Under the pieces are notes generated by a model. It worked only from the letters and a program-made list of their open reading frames with translations, was not told the origin of the DNA and did not search any database. From Squalus acanthias (lineage: Eukaryota): 64,000 bases of DNA. The stretch is taken from the NCBI GenBank assembly GCA_030390025.1, contig CM059431.1, forward strand, positions 132,620,001-132,684,000, in the 5' to 3' direction. Position numbers and translations under genes: made by a program. Shown one piece after another: positions 40,621 to 54,199 of the stretch (positions are counted from its first letter, which is position 1; the number at the start of each line of letters is the position of its first letter).

Positions 40621-41721
40621 GGTGCTTTGTTCTTAATCTATCTACGCTAGAGAAATTCCATTTAAAAGTCTCTAGAAGCCTGGCTGGCTATAAATGTGAT
40701 TTCACTTTCAAATTTACTGGATCAATATTGATTAACCCTGACTTTCAGTGAAGTTTATTGAACTGTAAAATATTTGAGGAAAATTACATACAAACCAAGC
40801 TCAATAACACTGAGATGTGGGTCAATGTGGTAGAGAAACATTTCATGTGCTCCAGGGATTAAATATCCTTTTTATGGGTTTCCAGTAAAATTGATCTTAA
40901 ATTGAAAATTACATCATTAAGAACCCAGTAAAAAGTTCAAAGACAAATCAACCCAAATTATTATTACATGTCCTCCTGGCAGCTGGTTATGGCAGCATTA
41001 GCAGAGATTCACAATATTACCTATCTTTTTTCTCCTATAGGTGGGTAAAGAGAATTAAGTTTGGATTGGAATTATTAAATAAATGTGGGAATCTGCTTTT
41101 AATATGGTCAGTTTATTGGAATTAAGACAAAAGCATACCATAAATGGATCCATTATGGACTCTACCCAATTTGTTTAATTTTCTGAAGGAGATAATAACC
41201 TATAGATAAAACCTACTGAAAGATAAAACTCAGTGAATTTCTTCCCTGATCAACCCAAAGAAATAGAGCAATATTCAAGGCTCACATTAGAATCTATAGT
41301 GTTTAACCCTGACTAATAGTATGCCACAGTTGTTGCTTGATTTAAGGAGCATAACTGCCATCATAACCTACACCATTTAATTTCATTTTTCAACCATTTG
41401 TTCATCCAGTTCTTTGATAGGGGGCTCAATTGGAAGCCTGTAAACTTCACCTAGTAAATGTTAATTTGTTCCTACGCTCTCGCATGCCACACATATCATC
41501 TTTTGCTCTCAACTGCAACACCTAGCTTTCTTTCCGAATTGGTATGACAACAATTCCCATTCATTCCATTCTTAATTTAGCTGCTAACGATATTTGTTTT
41601 ATTAAAAACTAATGAATTGTTATGCACAAATCAGATTTAAATTAATCTTGTTTTTTTCCTTGCTCTAACTATGAGGTAATGATCAAATTCAACAAACCTA
41701 TTTTCCTAGTGCTATATATTA

Positions 41722-43720
41722 ACAATAACTTGCATCTATATAATGCTTTTAATATGGAAAGAAATGTTCCAGAGGCACAAGGAAAAAAGGTGATATTGGA
41801 GGATGGGAAGTGGTTTTCAGGAGGTTCTTAAAGGAGGAGAGGGAGGGGAGAGGTTTAGGGAGGGAATTCCAGAACGTGGTGCCTAGGTAGCGAAGACACA
41901 GGCACCAATGTTGGGGTGCAGGATGCACAAGATACCAGATTTAGAGGAACAGAGAGACCGGGTGGGCAGGGTTAGGGCTGGAGCATGTTACAGAGATAGG
42001 GAGGGGAGGGGGGGTGGGGTGAGGCCATGAAGGAATTTAAACACAAGAATGAGAATTTTAAATTTGAGATGTTGAGGGTCCAGAAGCCAGTGTAGGTAAA
42101 CGAGGACATGGAGGATGGGCGAGTGGGACTTGGTGGGCAATAGGACACAGGCAGCAGAGTTTTGGATGAGCTGAATTTTTCGGAGAGTGGTAGGCTGACT
42201 AGGAAAGCAATAGAATAGGTGACTCCCAAGGTGAAAAAGGCATGGATGAGAGTTTCAGCAACAGATGAGCTGAGCGAGCGGTGGAGGAGGGTGTTATTAT
42301 AAAGGTGGAAGTAGGCGGACTTTGTGATGGAGAGTATATGTAGTTGGAAATGCAACTCGGGGTTGGATAGGTCACTAAGGTTGCAAACAGTCTGGTTCAG
42401 TCTAAGACAGTGGTCGGGGAGGGGGATCAAATCAGTGGCAAGTGTACGGAGTTTGTGGCAGGGGCCGAAGACAATGGCTTCAGTCTTGCCAATATTAAGC
42501 TGGGGAAAATTGCGGCTCATCAAAGACTGGATGTCGGACAAGCAGTGTGATAACTGTAAGGTCAAGAAAGTTCGTGGAGAGGTAGAGCTGGACATCAGCA
42601 CATCCCATGAGTGCAGATGATGTTGCCAAGGTGCAGCATGTAGGTGAGGAATTCTGGAGGTATTTGTGGGGGGGGAGGGCAAGGAGGCCAGATACTCTGG
42701 CTACGGTCGGATAGGTAAGAGTGGAACCAAGTGAGGGTAGGCCTACTGAACTGAATAATGGTGGAGAGGCTTTGGAGGAGGATGGTGTGTGGTGTTGACT
42801 ATGTCAAGGGCTGCAGAGAGGTTGCACATGGATAAAGCACCATGGTCACAGGCACAGAAGATGTCATTTGTGACTTTGGTTAGGGCTGTTTCGGTTATAT
42901 GGCAGTAACAGAAATCTGATTGGAGAGATTCAAACAGACAGTTGAGGGAAATATGAGCAGCGATTTGGGAGGCGCCAACATACTCAAGAACTTTGGTAAC
43001 AAAAGAGAGATTGGAGATGGGGCGGTAGTTTACAAGGAGAGAGGGTTGAGGGTAGGTTTTTTGAGGAGGAGGATGATGACGATGGTTTTGAAAGGGAAAG
43101 AACAGTACCTGAAGAGAAGGAAACATTTACAATGTCAACTAGCATGGTGGCCACGAAGGGACATGGGTTGGTAAGTAGTTTAGTGGGACTGGAGTCAAGA
43201 GAGCAGGAGGTGGGTATTGTGGATGAGAAGAGCTTGGCGAGGTTATGAGGGGAGATGGGAGAGCAATTAGATATGTGGGTTCAAGGCAAAGGCAGGGAGG
43301 CCAATGTGTGACTTGGTGATGAGGGCCACACCACCATTGCAGTGATTTGGGCAGGACGGATGGTGGAAGGTTTAGCCAGGTGAGGCTTTGATAAGGGCAA
43401 GGTGTCGCCACCCGTGTGCTACATTTCCATCAAAACCATGATGTCAATGCAATCATCTGCCATAAGGTCATGGATGGCAAGGGCCATGTGGAGGGAAATG
43501 CGGAGAGGGGCAATGATTGATCCGCTGGCAGAGTCTAAGGTAGTGGTGTGTGGGATAAGCGGGATGAAAAGGAGGTGGTTGGCAAGGTTATCCCTCGGTG
43601 GGTGAACAAGATGGGAAGGTCAGCATGAGGAGGTTGGGGCAGTTGGAGTTGATCAGAATTGAAATAGTACGACATTGACTTCTTCATGGAGGTAAGAGGG
43701 TTACTGTGGTTGATGGTATC
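41722..43720 (-). mobile_element. L2 LINE, degenerate
   Basis: NYRPISNLSFVTKVLE, TETALTKVTND, QLNIGKTEAIVFGP. Confidence 0.85.
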
Positions 43721-44309
43721 ATGTTGCCGTATTAAGGAAGACCAATTAAATTGTGCCAGCGCTATTTTGAAATAGAATGTAAAGGAGTAGGTGAACATGG
43801 AATATAAAACTAAGTGAAATAATAACTTGTATTTATATAGCAGCTTTAACATAGAAAAAATCCCAAGATGCTTCACAGAAGCCTGAGGAAAATGGATACC
43901 ATGGCAAAGAAAGAGTGCTTTGAAGGGCTACAGATAAGCACATTTGTCTGTTGACATGAGCTCTGTATTATTGAAGTACTTTACAGTTGAGCACTATATT
44001 ATAAAAGTATTAATTATTCAAAATATTTTTGCTTTTATAATGGGGGAAAAATACATTACAAAATCTAGTTTGCCATTTTTTTTTTTAAAAATAGTTTTTT
44101 CTTACCTGTGGCATACAAGAGGAGGTAGCAATTAAGGCACATTAATTAGGCAGATCGAAAAGAGCTTTACTCTACATCTGGCCATTTTTATACCAGATCT
44201 AAGAGTACTTGAAAGAAAGAAAAAGTAAGACTTGCATTAATATAGCACCTTTCAGGACGTCCTAAAGCGCTTTACAGCCAATGAAGTACTTTCGAAGTAT
44301 AATCCTATT

Positions 44310-46847
44310 TGACCCTGAGGTGAACTTCCGACCACATATCCTCTCCATCACCAAAACCACCTATTTCCACCTCTAGCATCGCCCATTTCTGCCGCTGTCT
44401 CAGCTCATAAGAACATAAGAAATAGGAGCAGGAGTAGGCCATATCGCCCCTTGAACCTGCTCCGCCATTCAATAAGATCATGGCTGAACCTCTACATCAA
44501 CTCCACTTTCCTGCCCTATCCCCATATCCCTTGCTTCTCAAGAATTATTGGATCTCAGTCTTGAATATACTCAACGACTGAGCATCCACAGCCCTCTGGG
44601 ATAAAGTTTTTTTTTAACCTTTACTTAGTTGGAGGTGGATGAGGAGAAAGCAAGCTCCCTTGGCTGTTGCTGAAGTTATTTACTTGTCTCTCTCCTGAGC
44701 CACTAACAACTGTCTCCCTACCACAATGCAAAAATTCTCCCCTTCTCCAAACCACACAACTACTCCTTCCCACTTGGAATAAAGAGAGAAGCCAGCAACA
44801 CCCTCCTCTTATTCCCACACCACCATTCTTAATACCCATGTTTGTTTTCCCTGTTCCTCCACCTACTATTTAGCACCATGGTATTCATCTGCTGCCGAAA
44901 CCCTCATTCATACCTTTGTTACCTCTAGACTCGACTATTCCAATGCTCTCCTGGCCGGCCACCCACCTTTACCTTCCGTAAACTTGAGCTCATCCAAAAC
45001 TGTGCTGCCCATATCATAACTCGCACCAAGTCCCATTCACCCGCTCACTGCTCATTGGCTCCCGGCCCGCCAAAGCCTCAATTTTTAAAATTCTCATCCT
45101 TGTTTTCAAATCCCACCATGGCCTCGCCCCTCCCTAACTCCGTAACCTCCTACAACCGTCCGAGATCTCTGCGCTGCTCCAATTCTGACCTCTTGCGCAT
45201 CCCCGATTTTCGGGGAATTATAGACCGGTAAGCCTGACATCGGTAGTGGGCAAAATGCTAGAGTCCATTATAAAAGATGTAATAGCAGAGCACTTGGAAA
45301 ACAGTGACAGGATCGGACAAAGTCAACATGGATTTACAAAAGGTAAATCATGCCTGACTAATCTACTGGAATTTTTGAGGATGTAACTGGTAGAATAGAT
45401 AAGGGAGAACCAGTGGATGTGGTGTATTTGGACTTTCAGAAGGCTTTCGATAAGGTCCCGCATAAGAGATTAGCATGCAAAGTTAAAGCACATGGGATTG
45501 GGGGTAAGGTACTGATTTGGATAGAGAACTGGTTGGCAGACAGGAAGCAAAGAGTTGGAATAAACGGGTCTTTTTCCGAGTGGCAGGCAGTGACTAGTGG
45601 GGTACCGGTGCTAGGGCCCCAGCTATTCACAATATATATTAATGATCTAGACGAGGGAACTAGATGTAATATCTCCAAGTTTGCAGACGACACAAAGCTG
45701 GGTGGGTGTGTGTGCTGTGAGGAGGATGCAGAGAAACTCCAGTATGATTTGGACAGGTTGGGTGATTGGGCAGATGCAGTATAATGTGGATAAATGCGAG
45801 GTTATCCACTTTGGTGGCAAAAACAGGAAGACAGATTATTATCTGAACGGCAATAGATTGGGAAAAGGGGAAGTGCAACGAGATCTGGGAGTCCTTGTGC
45901 ACCAGTCGCTGAAGGTAAGCATGCAGGTGCAGCAGGCGGTTAAGAAGGCAAATGGTATGTTGGCCTTCATAGCGAGAGGATTCGAGTACAGGAGCAAGGA
46001 TGTCTTGCTGCAGTTGTACAAGGCCTTGGTGAGACCACACCTTGAGTATTGTGTGCAGTTTTGGTCGCCTTATCTGAGGAAGGATGTTCTTGCCATGGAG
46101 GGAGTGCAGCGAAGATTCACCAGACTGCTACCTGGGATGGCAGGAATGACGTATGAAGAGAGATTGGGTCGATTAGGCTTATATTCGCTAGAGTTTAGAA
46201 GAATGAGAGGGGATCTCATTGAAACTTATAAAATTCTAACAGGACTAGACAGACTAGATGCAAGAAGGATGTTCCCGATGGCGGGTGAGTCCAGAACCAG
46301 AGGTCACAGTCTAAGGATAAGGGGTAAGCCATTTAGGACTGAGATGAGGAGGAATTTCTTCACCCAGAGAGTGGTGAACCTGTGGAATTCTCTACCATAG
46401 AAGGCAGTTGAGGCCAATTCATTAAATATATTCAAGAAGGAGATAGATATATTTCTTAAGGCTGAAGGGATCAAGGGATATGGGGAGAAAGCAGGGACAG
46501 GGTACTGAACTTGGATGATCAGCCATGATCTCATTAAATGGCAGAACAGGCTCGAGGGGCCGAATGGCCTACTCCTGCTCCTATCTTCGATGTTTCTATG
46601 TTTCTTCGCTCCACAGCTGCCTTGGCTCTAACTTTGGAATTCCCTCCCTAAACCTCTCCGCCTCTCTACTGCTCCTCCTTTAAAACGCTCCTTAAAACCT
46701 ACCTCTTTGACCAAACTTTTGGTCACCTCTCCTAATATCTCTTTATGTGGCTCGGTGTCAAATTTTATTTGATAATCGCTCCTGTGAAGCGCCTTGGGAC
46801 GTTTTACTGCATTAAAGGCGCTCTATAAATGCAAGTTGTTGTTGTTT
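44310..46847 (+). mobile_element. L2 3' fragment split by CR1 insertions
   Basis: L2 pieces at 44310-44406, 44885-45210 and 46605-46847 (tail gcaagttgttgttg), similar to the L2 at 27085. Confidence 0.75.
45211..46604 (+). mobile_element. CR1 LINE, relatively young, 5'-truncated
   Basis: [34 protein letters not shown], long RT C-terminal ORF; tail (tgtttcta)n. Confidence 0.93.
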
Positions 46848-47496
46848 GTAATGTAGGAATTCTAATCCGTGTTACTTGATGCTTACATTGGGTGATAAAA
46901 GTGAAACCATGTCTCATTTCCTTAGCTTTGATGTTCTTCAACTTAATAACTACAAAAAGTCATCTAAAAATAAATTTAAAGAACAGTGTTCATGAAAAAT
47001 GTGTGGGAAACTGTTTTTGTTAATTTGTTGAATAATACATGACTCAGCGACATAATCAGATCAGAACACATCATCTTGTCACTTTTTTGTGACTTCATCT
47101 TGATGAAAATTATGCACTTCTGTCTCTTCTCCCACTTAACCATAAACGGTTTGCCAAACACTTTCAGGTGAAAACAGTGCCCCTTTTAAAGGACAAGAAG
47201 TGGAGTAACTTGGAAGTGTTTATGTTGTATAGATCATGAGGCATCATACCTCAGTGCCCAGCCTCTTTAGAAATGCAAAATTGTTTCAGAAATAACCGCT
47301 CTGATTGTGTGGCCAACCATGGGTCCTTTTTTCAATATTATCTTCTTAATCTCATCCCCCACCCCCTCTGATTTTCTTCCATTACCTTCCTCCCCACCCC
47401 TCCCATGGCAATGACAAGCTCTGGGATATGGTTCTACATGAAGGGAGCCCTCCTTGCTCTACTTGGCAGTCTTCATGTGTGAGCGTGGATAATAAG

Positions 47497-47572
47497 GAAT
47501 ACATAGAATTTACAGCACAGGAACAGGGATACATAGAATTTACAGCACAGGAACAGGGATACATAGAATTTA
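47497..47572. repeat. 30-bp tandem repeat, about 2.5 copies, CR1-tail-like
   Basis: atacatagaatttacagcacaggaacaggg repeated. Confidence 0.85.
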
Positions 47573-47711
47573 TGCTCCACACAAGCCTCCCACCCTACTT
47601 CATCTAATCCTATCAGCATGTTCCTTTCTCCCTCAAGTGTTTATCCACCTTCCCCTTGCATGCATCAATGCTAGTTTTCTCAACAAATTCATGTGGTAGC
47701 AAGTTCCACAT

Positions 47712-47822
47712 TTTTTCCTTCCTTCCTTCCTTCCCTTCTCACTCCTGAATTCCTTCCTTCCTTTCTCTCCTGAATTCCTTTCTCCTCCCTTCCTTCCTTC
47801 CTTTCTCTCTCCTGAATTCCTT
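47712..47822. repeat. (TTCC)n polypyrimidine low-complexity repeat
   Basis: Visible TTCC runs and repeated ctcctgaattcc. Confidence 0.85.
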
Positions 47823-48274
47823 ATTGGATTTATTAGTGGCTATCTTATATTTAAAAGAGTGTTTGTTTTCTCTCTCTTTTTGCACATCCTTTCTGATTCT
47901 CCCAGTATCTTCTGTATCTCTCTTTCTGGCTTTTCTGCTCTGATCCCATCTTCCCTCAGTAACAGTAATTAGCCACTAATTTAGCTCAGAAATGTATGAA
48001 CATAGGAACATGAGGCGGCCATTCAGCTCCTCGAGCCTGTTGCACCGGAACAGGAGGAGGCTATTAGAGTCTGTCCGCCATTCAGTTAGATTGTGGCTGA
48101 TCTGTATCATAACTCCATCAACCCATTTTGGTTCTGTAACCTTTAGCACCCTTGTGTACAATTAGCCTCTAATTTAGCTTGGCATGTGCTAAACTTTGCT
48201 TTCTTAAAGCACAGGCCAGGTTGAACACCGCTCTAGCTGAGCAGCAGAATAACACACCATGCACTACATGGCAT

Positions 48275-49683
48275 CAAAACACTGGCATCTATGAGACAAT
48301 ATGGAAAACTGCCCAGGTATGTCCTGTCCACAAAAAGCAGGACAAATCCAATCCGGCCACTTACCACCCCATCAGTCTACTCTCAATCATCAGCAAAGTG
48401 ATGGAAGGTGTCGTTGAAAGTGCTATCAAGTGACACTTATCGCCAATAACCTGCTCACTGATGCCCAGTTTGGATTTCGTCAGGACCACTCGGCTCCAGA
48501 CCTCATTACAGCCTTGGTCCAAACATGGGCAAAGGAGCTGAATTCCAGAGGTGAGATGAGAGTGACTGCCCTTGACATCAAGGCAGCATTTGACCGAGTG
48601 TGGCATCAAGGAGCCGTAGTAAAACTGAAGTCGATGGGAATCGGGGGGGAAAACTCTCCACTGGCTGGAGTCATACCTAGCGCAAAGGAAGATGGTTGTG
48701 GTGGTTGGAGGTCAATCATCTCAGCCCCAGGGCATTACTGCAGGAGTTCCTCAGGGCAGTGACCTAGGCCCAACTATCTTCAGCTGCTTCATCAATGACC
48801 TTCCCTCCAACATAAGGTCAGAAATGGGGATGCTCGCTGATGACTGCACAGTGTTCAGTGCCATTCACAACTCCTCAGATAATGAAGCAGTCTATGCCCG
48901 CATGCAACAAGACCTGGACGACATTCAGGCTTGGGCTGGTAAGTGGCAGGTAACATTCGCGCCACACGAGTGCCAGGCAATGACTATCTCCAACAAACGA
49001 GAGTCTAACCACTGGCCCATGACATTCAACGGCATTACCATCGCCGAATCCCCCACCATCAACATCTTGGGGGTCACCATTGACCAGAAACTTAACTGGA
49101 CCAGCCACATAAATACTGTGGCAACAAGAGCAGGTTAGAGGCTAGGTATTCTGCGGCGAGTGTCTCACCTCCTGACTCCACAAAGCCTTTCCACAAGGCA
49201 CAAGTCAGGTGTGTGATGGAATATTCTCCACTTGCCTGGATGAGTGCAGCTCCAACAACACTCGAGAAGCTCGACACCATCCAGGACAAAGCAGCCCGCT
49301 TGGCTGGCACCCCATCCACCACCTTAAACATTCACTCCCTCCACCACCGGCATACCGTGGCTGCAGTGTGTACCATCTACAAGATGCACTGCAGCAACTC
49401 GTCGAGGCTTCTTCGGCAGCACCTCCCAAACCCGCGACCTCTACCACCTAGAAGGACAAGGGCAGCGGGCACATGGGAACACCACCACCTCCAAGTTCCC
49501 CTCCAAGTCACACACCATCCTGACTTGGAAGTATATCGCCGTTCCTTCATCGTCGCTGGATCAAAATCCTGGAACTCCCTCCCTAACAGCACTGTGGGAG
49601 TACCTTCACCACACGGACTGCAGCGGTTCAAGAAGGCGGCTCACCAGCACCTTCTCAAGGGCAACTAGGGATGGGCAATAAAT
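48275..49683 (+). mobile_element. CR1/L2-group LINE (second family), RT region
   Basis: YHPISLLSIISKVME, QFGFRQDHS, ALDIKAAFDRVWH, LADDCTVF. Confidence 0.92.
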
Positions 49684-50505
49684 TTTTCACTACTTTTTAC
49701 ACTTGTACTTCCCCCCCCACCCACCCCACCACAGTTTGCAGGTATGTACGAATCATGTAGAAGTACTGTTTGGGGAGAGTGAGATGGTTTTAGTAGCATT
49801 GTGGGTGTGCGAACAGTACGAGGGGGTGGCGAAGTTGGAAGGAGCAGAGAGATGTTGTGATGTCAGAGTATTGAAGTACTTAGAATCATAGAATCATTAC
49901 AGCATAGTAGGAGGCCATTTGGCCCGTCGAGCCCATGCCGGCCATCTGCAAGAGCACTCCGCTAGTCCCAATCCCCCGTCCTTTCTCCATAGCCCTGCAA
50001 TTTTTTTTTCTTTCAGGTACTTCTCTAATTCCTTTTTGAAAGCCACAATTAAATCTGCCTCCATCATCCTTTCAGGCAGTGCACTCCAGATCATAACCAC
50101 TCGCTGCATAATAAAGTTTTCCTCATGTCGCCTTTGGACCTTCTGCCAATCACCTTAAATCTGTGTCCTCTGGTTCTCGACCATTCTGCCAACGGGAACA
50201 GTTTCTCTCTATCTACTCTGTCTAGACCCCTCATGATTTTGAACACCTCTATCAAATCTCCTCTCAATCTTCTCTGCTCCAAGGAAAACCACCTCAGTTT
50301 CTCCAGTCTATCCATGTAACTGAAGTTCCTCATCCCTGGAACCATTCTTGTAAATCTTTTCTGCACCCTCTCTAAGGCCTTCACATCTTTCCTAAAGTGC
50401 GGTGCCCAGAATTGGACACAATACTCCAGTTGTGGCCGAACCAGTGTTTTATAAAGGTTCATCATAAAATCCTTGCTTTTGTACTCTATGCCTCTATTTA
50501 TAAAA

Positions 50506-51413
50506 ATTGAGAGGTCGCACAACACCAGGTTATAGTCCAACAGTTTTATTTGAAATCACAAGCTTTCGGAGCTTACTACTCCTTCGTCGGGTGAAGTAAA
50601 GAGATACAGAATCGCCAAAGCATATATAGATAGAGAACAATGCATGTGTACCTTACAATTGCAGACAACTAAATTAAATCATCCTGACTGTTTATCTGCC
50701 GAGGTGTGATAAAGTTAATCAGGTCAGCCAGGAAGGTACCACATCAAAGACATAGCAAGATACAACTGAGACAATGAGGTGGAGTCGCAGGGGGTCTAAC
50801 GTGTCAAAAGCTGCCGTCTGTATATAAAACGATATATAAGCTTTAAAATTTTTACTTTTTTACTGGGAATCACATCTGTGAACAAGCCAACGACGACTCG
50901 AGTCCGGATCACGTCATGTATCGTGACATAAACCCAAGATCCCGGTTGAGACCGTCTTCATGAGTGCGGAACTTGGCTATCAGTTTCTGCTCGATGATTT
51001 TGCGTTGTCGTGTGTTCCTAAGGTCGCCTTGGAGAACGCTTACCCGCAGATCCGAGGCTGAATGTCCTTGACTGCTGAAGTGTTCCCCGACTGGGAGGTA
51101 ACAATCCTGCCTGGCGATTGTTGCGCGGTGCTCGTTCATACGTTGTCTCAGTGTCTGCATGGTCTCGCCGATGTACCATGCCGCGGTGCATTCTTTCCTG
51201 CAATGTATGAGGTAGACAACGTTGGCCGAGTCACATGAGTATGTACCATGTACCTGGTGGGTAGTGTCCTCACGTGTGATGGTGGTATCTGTGTTGATGA
51301 TCTGGCATGTCTTGCAGAGTTTGCCGTGGCAGGGTTGTGTGGTGTCGTGGTCGCTGTTATCCTGAAAGCTGGGTAATTTGCTGCGAACGATGGTACTTCT
51401 GAGGTTAGGTTAG
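50506..51413 (-). mobile_element. Penelope-like retroelement 3' fragment (GIY-YIG endonuclease plus pLTR-like end)
   Basis: VVYLIHC...WYIGETMQTLRQRMNEHR...PVGEHF...EQKLIAKFRTHEDGLN; 12-bp TSD ctatttataaaa at 50494-50505 and 51414-51425. Confidence 0.9.
50556..50594 (-). ncRNA. Minimal type-I hammerhead ribozyme of the Penelope repeat, core variant
   Basis: UCAC-CCGACGA-A-GGAG(uaguaag)CUCC-GAAA-GCUU-GUGA; core CUGANGA reads CCGACGA. Confidence 0.7.
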
Positions 51414-54199
51414 CTATTTATAAAACCCAGGATCCCGTATGCTTTTTTAACCGCTTTCTCAACCGTCCTGCCACCTTCAACGAATTATGCACATATACCC
51501 CCAGGTCTCTCTGTTCCTGGGGGCTACTTGGTTACTTGAGAGTAGTTTGGGGCGGGGGGGCGTTCAGCTGGTTGTGAATACTAGGAGACCTACTTTGAGA
51601 GTGCGCCGGTGTTGCGAGGGGTGATGTAGTGGTGGGAGGATGCTTTTAGTGTGTGGGAGCACTGGGATTTGGGGCGTTTTAGGAAGGGGGGGTTACTTGG
51701 TGTGGGAGTAGAGGAAGATGAATTGCTGCTTGGGAATAGTGGAAGGGGTGGGGTGTTGCTGAGAAAAACACTACATTCGCATTTGTAGCCATGATTACAT
51801 TCGCATTTGTAGCCATGACTGAGGAGCTCACTACACTTTTACTATCTTAGTAAAGAGCTGGCATCTGCGAGTGGGGAGACATGGGTGCAGAAATGGTGGC
51901 CGGTAGGGGTGAAGGAGCATGATGGCTTCTACACTTCAGTTCCCCTACTTGCATCCCCAGAAGGTTGAAAAGGGCTTCACCATGATTTTGCTGGGGAAGC
52001 CTCTTATTTAATGTTCTTTGGGGAATCATGTTCCTGTTCTACAAAAGCCAGCTCCCAGCCATGGCTGGATCTGACTTAAAGCTGTTTAAGCACCTTCTGC
52101 GTTTCTTCTACTATTCTGCAGCAGTGTTGGTGTTTGTCCTTTTAAGGCTACAAGATATAATTGATAAGCATACATACTTTGTGAATTCATTGAAAGATTA
52201 ATTGCCATTCAGGCTAGAGATGAGGTGTTGTTTCTGAAGAACCGAGGGTCTGGTATTTTATGTGCCTGGAGAGCTTTTCTGTACATTGCAAATGAATGCT
52301 TTTGTTTCTTTTATAAACTGCCACAGACATTTATATTATGTAGTGTGCTGAGGTCTGAAGTGTGAAGGACAAGAAAAGTGTGCATTTATAAAATGTTTAT
52401 AATTCAGTGTCCCATGACGTTGTCCGTAGTGAGTTTGAGGATATAGTCTGTCCATTGTGTGTAGCTGATGTCCTGTTTGAGTTATCGTCAACTGTTAACA
52501 TGATGCTATTTGTCCACGATGCTTTTAAGTTGCATTGTAGTTTTAAACACCAACCTACGCATAATTATTAAAATTCTAAAATGATAGAAATAATGACGTG
52601 ATTTAGAATAAACAATAAATTAAAAATTCAAAATGATTTATAGCATCTTACTTAGAAAAATATTAACATAATAACTAATGGTAATTAAGTAAAATATGAA
52701 AATGTTAATTAATAAAATGTTAATGAAATGTTACATGAGAAAATATAAAAATTCGGTCATCTAATGTAACTAAGTAAAATGTTAGTTATTTTTAAATGAA
52801 TTGGAAAATCAATTAAGATGAATATATTAGAATTGAGAATTTAAAAAGTATATTTTTTAAATGCAAAAAAATTGTAAATTTAGATGCTTAAATGATAAGT
52901 GTTTGAGTTGAGCAGTTTAAAATGAGATATTAAGGATGGTTAAGTTAATACATATTCATACATGGAAATCTTAAAAATTGTGATTAAATGAATAGTGATA
53001 TTTAAGAGGATAAAACTATGATTATTTATGAGGAAACGGTTGTGGAAATGGCAAACGGATGCAGGAGACTACACTTGGTCTCGACTACCCGTGTAATGTC
53101 ATAGGAAATTGATTAGTATATTGTGTATATAAAAATAAAATTGTATTTTAATAAAAATTCAAACCTTTCTGTATGGGTAGTTCAAGCAGGGAAGCTGTGA
53201 AGTTGGTTCCATCCTGGGGTTGCAAAGGCTCTGCAGCTATTTAATGGCAGTTTAGCTATGGGAAGTTGAGCTCTTGTATCTCCATCTAGTGGTAGATGTG
53301 GAGGTACTAGTATAACTGGTACTCATGGCAGAAGAGCTGCTCACTTAATAATGGGAAATCCTATCGAGGTGCAACCAAGAAGAGAATGGTGATTACCTAA
53401 AAAGGAATATATGTACCTTTTTTAATATATTAAAAATGACTAGCAATTCTCCCTTAATAGGTATTATTTGCAATAATTCTTCAAGTTATATTGTACCACT
53501 TAATCCAATTTTTTTATCTTTCCACGGGAAATCCTCCTGCTAGAGTTCTGCACTTTGTCTCAGTAAGTGCAGCAGACTACACTGGTACTGTGGATTCTTA
53601 ACAAAAGTTTGATAAGTAATATTATGCTCCCAGTTTCGTTATGAATGGGCATTAAAATGATTTAGCAAAGCATTTTCACACTACAACTGCCTCTTAATAT
53701 TTTTGTGACAGTAATACATAGTTATGTGAAATAAGTCAGGTTAAGGACAGTGCAACATTTAAAATTAGGAGGCACATACTTCTGAAGCCTGTTGTAGTAG
53801 TACAGGATATGCAGTTATATTTTGTTTGGGTTCTCTAAACTGAGAATCTGTCTGCTATCTACAACTGGTGTGCATTGCAATAATGCTACAGCAGCATCTA
53901 TTAATCAACAAGTTTAATAAACACAATTTAAGAGAGAATTTTGGACTTTTTTCAAACACTTATGCTGCAGACCAACCGATTACTAATTTAAGTCCACCAA
54001 AAGGCTTGTATTTGTGTTGGGAGTTGCAGGAAAAATATGGCTCTGAGGCTCACTTCTTATCCCCTCCCCCAATCACTTGTGCTTCCCCGCGTCCATCCCC
54101 CCCCCCCCCCAACCTACAACTCCATCTCATTACCTACCCCTAGCAATAGTTTGGTCTGGGGGTGAAAAGGCACGAATAAGAATTTCAGCTGCAGGTAGG

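Larger units (their letters stand above)
49881..51520 (-). mobile_element. CR1 3' fragment split by a Penelope insertion (49881-50505, 51414-51520)
   Basis: LVRPQLEYCVQFWAPHFRKD; CR1 resumes cccaggatcccgtatgc after the insert. Confidence 0.88.

Noticed and set aside
41027..41060. Strong acceptor (tttttctcctatag) as GPR180 exon 2
   Set aside because: Phase-1 reading gives GGT GGG TAA, an immediate stop
51771..51818. Short tandem duplication (tacattcgcatttgtagccatga twice)
   Set aside because: Ordinary local slippage duplication with no functional context
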